Part shown: in pieces, positions 36,196-40,000 of the stretch
How positions within the stretch are numbered: position 1 is the stretch's first letter
How the letters are laid out: each line of letters starts with the position of its first letter
Sequence record: MN453779.2
DNA length: 40,000 bases
Reading direction: 5' to 3' (one strand)
Origin: Aeromonas phage PS2
The notes under the pieces: generated by a model
Told to the model about the DNA's origin: nothing
Database searches by the model: none
Seen by the model: only the letters and a program-made list of their open reading frames with translations
Translations under genes and position numbers: made by a program

Positions 36196-36699
36196 TTGAG
36201 AGAAATGCAAGCTAATTTTAATACGATTACATTCTCGCTTCCTAATGTGAGAAACGAAGAAGTTTTAAATGCCATTGTAACTGGACTAATGACCATTATC
36301 GCTAATCAGTTTAACAACGGCGATGAAATGAGCTGTGTTTTCAATAGAGACATTGCTTATTACAGCATGGGAGAAGTCATTACTGATAATGTAATGGATG
36401 AGCAACAGTTCCAATCTTTACATCAGCAGGCAGTATCTGGACTAGAACATATATTAACACATCAGTTAACTACTCTAGAAATGCTTGTATCAACTTCTGA
36501 CGGTCTTTCCGACATAATCCCATATGTTTCCCCTGGTGTTATCTTACTTTACATTAGAGAAGGTTTGGTGAGTAATATCAATGGCACGTATGCAAGTATA
36601 GAAAGTAACAATCAGGCTTATTTCGAATACTGCCAAATAGTAGGAGATAAGCCAAGTAATAGTTTTCTTACTAATGGTGATTTCAGTGAGATCATTTAA
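36196..36699 (+). CDS. hypothetical protein, about 165 aa
   Basis: ORF in small-gene cluster. Confidence 0.65.
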   Translation: MREMQANFNTITFSLPNVRNEEVLNAIVTGLMTIIANQFNNGDEMSCVFNRDIAYYSMGEVITDNVMDEQQFQSLHQQAVSGLEHILTHQLTTLEMLVSTSDGLSDIIPYVSPGVILLYIREGLVSNINGTYASIESNNQAYFEYCQIVGDKPSNSFLTNGDFSEII

Positions 36700-37078
36700 T
36701 CCAGCACCAATTAAAGAAAATAACTTAGAAGTGATAAGTCATCACTTTCTATTACCACGATTATACAAACCAGTGTTTACACCACAAGCTGTTTTAAACG
36801 AATGGTTGGTATTTTCCCTTGGTTCTTCTATATTAGATTGTCGAGGTTCTTCTTTTTGTTTCATGTCTAGTGCTTTTGATAGTATTCTAGAAACCATTGA
36901 TCCAGGCGATATCGACATAATCAATGAGATTATAGAGGAACTACAAGAGCAACATGAGCTGTTATTTTCTGATCATGTTTTTCAATCAATCTGTTTTAGT
37001 AATTTAGAGTTTTATAAGTTTAGTTATGAGTTGTACTCAACTTCCGGTAGAATCTTATTTCACGTAGATGAAGACTGA
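36674..37078 (+). CDS. hypothetical protein, about 134 aa
   Basis: ORF overlapping previous stop. Confidence 0.6.
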   Translation: MVISVRSFNPAPIKENNLEVISHHFLLPRLYKPVFTPQAVLNEWLVFSLGSSILDCRGSSFCFMSSAFDSILETIDPGDIDIINEIIEELQEQHELLFSDHVFQSICFSNLEFYKFSYELYSTSGRILFHVDED

Positions 37079-37112
37079 TTCCTTAACTAACCTAATTAAA
37101 AGAGTATAGACA

Positions 37113-37625
37113 ATGAACGCAATTAACCAAACACTCCCCGTGGAACCTTTAACCATATTTACAAACCCAGCTCCTGTAATGTTTAAACTTAACAGTTGTG
37201 ATCTTTCTGATTACTTCGAGGGGTACAACTCAGAACAAACTCTTATTGCCCTTGAGGGAGCTTTAAACATTATCTTTAATCCAGATATTCTTCTAGCCAG
37301 AGTTGATGACACATTAACTACTGTTGAAGATCTAGGTTGGGATAGTGTTGAGAATACCATAACTTCTGAAACGGTATTTAAATTAGTTAATCAACATGAT
37401 AGTTATACCGCAATGACACATGAGGAGTTAACAGATGCCTTTGCTAACTCCTTTGACTCAATTGTAAATAAACTATCCGAGGATATCACAGGTGATCACT
37501 TTAACTCTGATGTCTCAACTATATACTCAGAAATGGGAACGTTTAATAGCATTACTGTAAACTCTTATCTGTACGAAGAGAGAAGTAATGTATTAAGAGT
37601 ATACCTTACTTTCAATATGTACTGA
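37113..37625 (+). CDS. hypothetical protein, 170 aa
   Basis: ORF followed by a strong terminator. Confidence 0.7.
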   Translation: MNAINQTLPVEPLTIFTNPAPVMFKLNSCDLSDYFEGYNSEQTLIALEGALNIIFNPDILLARVDDTLTTVEDLGWDSVENTITSETVFKLVNQHDSYTAMTHEELTDAFANSFDSIVNKLSEDITGDHFNSDVSTIYSEMGTFNSITVNSYLYEERSNVLRVYLTFNMY

Positions 37626-37633
37626 ACATACAT

Positions 37634-37673
37634 AAGTTCCCTACCTAACCTTGATTGGTTAGGTAGGGAACTT
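37634..37673 (+). terminator. intrinsic terminator
   Basis: AAGTTCCCTACCTAACC-TTGATT-GGTTAGGTAGGGAACTT, perfect 17-bp stem. Confidence 0.8.
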
Positions 37674-37769
37674 TAATTTACTTTTTCTATTTACTGACCA
37701 AGGATTTCTTTGTCACAAATACCTTTTACTACCCCAGACGTTTATAGTTAAAGGGATATAAATCCCTAC

Positions 37770-37796
37770 TCTATAATTTCTCAGACAGATATAATC
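37770..37796 (+). promoter_or_regulatory. recurrent promoter-like motif, copy 7
   Basis: TCTATAATTTCTCAGACAGATATAATC upstream of the HNH gene. Confidence 0.55.
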
Positions 37797-37836
37797 CCAA
37801 TGCATCACTACCAGGTGTAAACAAAAGGACCATATA

Positions 37837-39162
37837 ATGAGTGAAAATAATTACGTTTCAGTAGATGCTGAATTAACCGATGTATACAAGCCTCTGACAG
37901 ATATCTTAGGTTTGCAATACGATGGCGCTATGAGTTACGAAGAACGAGTTCAAAAACGTTACAATTACGTTAAAGAGCAATTGGAACTAGATCCTAACTA
38001 TGAAGGATGGGATTGGGTAGAATACTGCGGTTCTGCTAACTCCACGGCTAAGGATCATGAATTTAAGCTGACGCGTTCAGTTGTTTCTATGATAAGTACC
38101 AAGGGTAAGTTAGCAACTAAATGTTCGGGAAAAGGAATGTCGGTTTCCTTAGGATCGATATCTGGTAGATACCTCAGAACAACGTTCCAAAACTTAAACG
38201 GGAAATATATTAAGGCTTATATCCATCGGATTATCGGATGTACATTTAAACCAATACCGGACAAATATAAGGATAAAGAAATTAGAGATCTCATAGTTAA
38301 TCACGATGATGGCAACCGAACTAGAAACCTATTATCAAACGTGTCGTGGATGACACAGCAGGAAAATCTATTACACGCAGTAGAAATAGGTAAGATCCCT
38401 TCCGGGTTTGGACACGCTGAATCACTAAAGGCGACGTTTACTGTTCCCGGTGAACATTACGGAGAAACCTTTTTGCTCAACGGCTATAACCAAGCAAATG
38501 AATTCGGGATTTGCTACCATACGGTAAGGTCAGCCGCATTGAAAAATAAGAATACACTATTTTGCGACTGGGAGGTAGCAGTATGCGAGGATATAGTAGA
38601 AACACCTATTTCTCCGCCAGATTGGTATAGTATCTATATCAAGGAACATCAAGATGAACGCATGAAGAAATATTTGGATAAGGATAAGAATACAGACACT
38701 TTCAAAGGTACTGAAGTCTTCACTGGTGTAGAAACATTAACAGATATTTTAAACATAGATTATGACGAGACAACCTTAGATGAACGTGCTAAAATAAGAA
38801 AGGCGTACATAGATCTTCACCCAAACGTAGTACATTGGGAGTTTATGGAATACATCCCAGGGAAGGCATATGCTAGAGAAAACACAACTACACCACCTTG
38901 GAGAACTGAAAGTGTGGTTATCAGCACGGATGGAGAAGTAGGTAAAGTAAATTTAAAAGGTGAAGTTTTTACTAGGGGTGGTCCCAGTGGCGGGTATTAT
39001 AAGTTCGTCCAAAAGTTTGGTGACTATCCCCAGGAACACATAACGATACACAGGGCAATGGCTTCTACGTTTATACCAGTTCCTGACGGATGTAAACTTA
39101 AAGCAAAGTTAGCGGATAATGATAATAAAAATTTGACTTTAGACAATATTTACTGGGAGTAA
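37837..39162 (+). CDS. HNH homing endonuclease-like protein with internal tandem duplication, 441 aa
   Basis: First unit KRYNYVKEQLELDPNYEGWDWVEY...IHRIIGCTFKPIP...LIVNHDDGNRTRNLLSNVSWMTQQENLLHA; second unit ERAKIRKAYIDLHPNVVHWEFMEY...IHRAMASTFIPVP...LADNDNKNLTLDNIYWE (truncated). Confidence 0.8.
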   Translation: MSENNYVSVDAELTDVYKPLTDILGLQYDGAMSYEERVQKRYNYVKEQLELDPNYEGWDWVEYCGSANSTAKDHEFKLTRSVVSMISTKGKLATKCSGKGMSVSLGSISGRYLRTTFQNLNGKYIKAYIHRIIGCTFKPIPDKYKDKEIRDLIVNHDDGNRTRNLLSNVSWMTQQENLLHAVEIGKIPSGFGHAESLKATFTVPGEHYGETFLLNGYNQANEFGICYHTVRSAALKNKNTLFCDWEVAVCEDIVETPISPPDWYSIYIKEHQDERMKKYLDKDKNTDTFKGTEVFTGVETLTDILNIDYDETTLDERAKIRKAYIDLHPNVVHWEFMEYIPGKAYARENTTTPPWRTESVVISTDGEVGKVNLKGEVFTRGGPSGGYYKFVQKFGDYPQEHITIHRAMASTFIPVPDGCKLKAKLADNDNKNLTLDNIYWE

Positions 39163-39166
39163 ATTT

Positions 39167-39197
39167 AACCACGTGTCTCTAGAAGAGACACGTGGTT
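39167..39197. terminator. bidirectional terminator between convergent genes
   Basis: AACCACGTGTCTCT-AGA-AGAGACACGTGGTT, perfect 14-bp stem followed by T-run on the plus strand. Confidence 0.8.
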
Positions 39198-39201
39198 TTT
39201 A

Positions 39202-40000
39202 TTACTTAACTATTTTTGTTATATCAATCTTAACCATCTTCAGTTGTGACATGTGGATACTTTTCATGCGGCCTAACATGATGTGGGTGAAGATAAGAAC
39301 TGTTTCGGCAGAAACACGGTTTTGAATAGCACCAAGTTTTTCTCCGCAGCAAACCTTACAAAGGTTAAAGTCACCTTGTTCGCAGAACTGTGGAACTCTA
39401 AATTGCAGTGGTTTACCTAACAGTGCTTTATCGGCTTTAGTCAATACCTTTAGACCATCAGCGGTTTTATAATAACCACCTACCCAAGATCCGAAACTAA
39501 AATCATTAAGCGTTACTGTTTCCGTTCTCGGGGTTTGACAATCTGTATCAATAGCTTCTATACGGTCAGTAAGAAGAATCATTACCTTAACTTCTGCGCC
39601 ACCTTCACCTGTTGCATTGCCACGGTCATAAGAACCAGAAATAGCCGTATTTATATAAGCGGGATAGTTATCTTTATCCCAACCTTCATTCAACGAGTTA
39701 CGAAGTAGCTGATACTTCCCGGTGTTGAAATCAGGAACCATATCAAAAACAACAAACATTTTCTTACGGGCGTTATCAATGAACTTCTTATCAATGAAGA
39801 AGTCTTTAGATGGACCGTTGTATTGAATAGAAGCATCAAGCGCTACAACTTCATCAATGACTTTAGCTACAGCTGCTGCATCATTGAGCTTATTCTCTTT
39901 CTCTAGTTCATTAAGTAACTTGTCTCGAAGCTTGATTACATCAGGATGTACTGTAAGAACATCTAGGGAAGATGCTTTAACAAATACATCATTAAGACCT
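39202..40000 (-). CDS. partial gene, candidate RNAP beta' C-terminal-like subunit (possibly virion RNAP), C-terminal end
   Basis: Reading frame stays open upstream of the tracked start at 39759 (EVVALDASIQYNGPSKDFFIDKKFIDNARKKMFVVFDMV...) to the window edge; FCEQGDFNLCKVCCGEKLG zinc-like motif near the C-terminus followed by a helix resembling the beta' trigger-loop region. Confidence 0.45.
   Translation of the reverse strand, partial: GLNDVFVKASSLDVLTVHPDVIKLRDKLLNELEKENKLNDAAAVAKVIDEVVALDASIQYNGPSKDFFIDKKFIDNARKKMFVVFDMVPDFNTGKYQLLRNSLNEGWDKDNYPAYINTAISGSYDRGNATGEGGAEVKVMILLTDRIEAIDTDCQTPRTETVTLNDFSFGSWVGGYYKTADGLKVLTKADKALLGKPLQFRVPQFCEQGDFNLCKVCCGEKLGAIQNRVSAETVLIFTHIMLGRMKSIHMSQLKMVKIDITKIVK

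Noticed and set aside
1-40000. CRISPR arrays or tRNA genes
   Set aside because: No regularly spaced identical repeats and no cloverleaf/TTCGANNC-type signature recognised by eye; tRNAscan or a CRISPR finder would be decisive.

Overview
The window looks like part of a nucleus-forming jumbo phage genome (phiKZ-like order). It encodes a PhuZ-type tubulin/FtsZ GTPase, a chimallin-like highly expressed 633-aa protein, a multi-subunit RNA polymerase split into beta' N-terminal, beta C-terminal and beta' C-terminal genes, an SbcD-like nuclease, an SSB-like protein, a DEAH helicase and many unknown small genes. The main finding is that the RNAP beta' N-terminal gene is interrupted inside its catalytic NADFDGD motif by two group I introns. 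Exon 1 ends exactly at ...FNAD (14720). A 9-nt micro-exon TTCGACGGT (FDG, 15195-15203) lies between the introns, and exon 3 starts at GATAACATG (DNM, 16356). Joining the three pieces restores FNADFDGDNM. Intron 2 has a 6-bp P1 helix with the required U.G pair and encodes an HNH endonuclease. Other notable features: a ~203-aa endonuclease-free intein with Ala at position 1 inside the Walker A motif of the helicase; adjacent Acb2-like and Acb1-like (anti-CBASS) candidate genes; an HNH gene inserted at the 5' end of the SSB-like gene with the first 11 codons duplicated; a dispersed HNH family sharing an N-terminal module, including one internally duplicated and one frameshifted member; and a recurrent promoter-like motif CTATAATTTTTCAAACCTATATTA. 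All assignments come from reading the sequence and recalled family motifs; no searches or folding were run.
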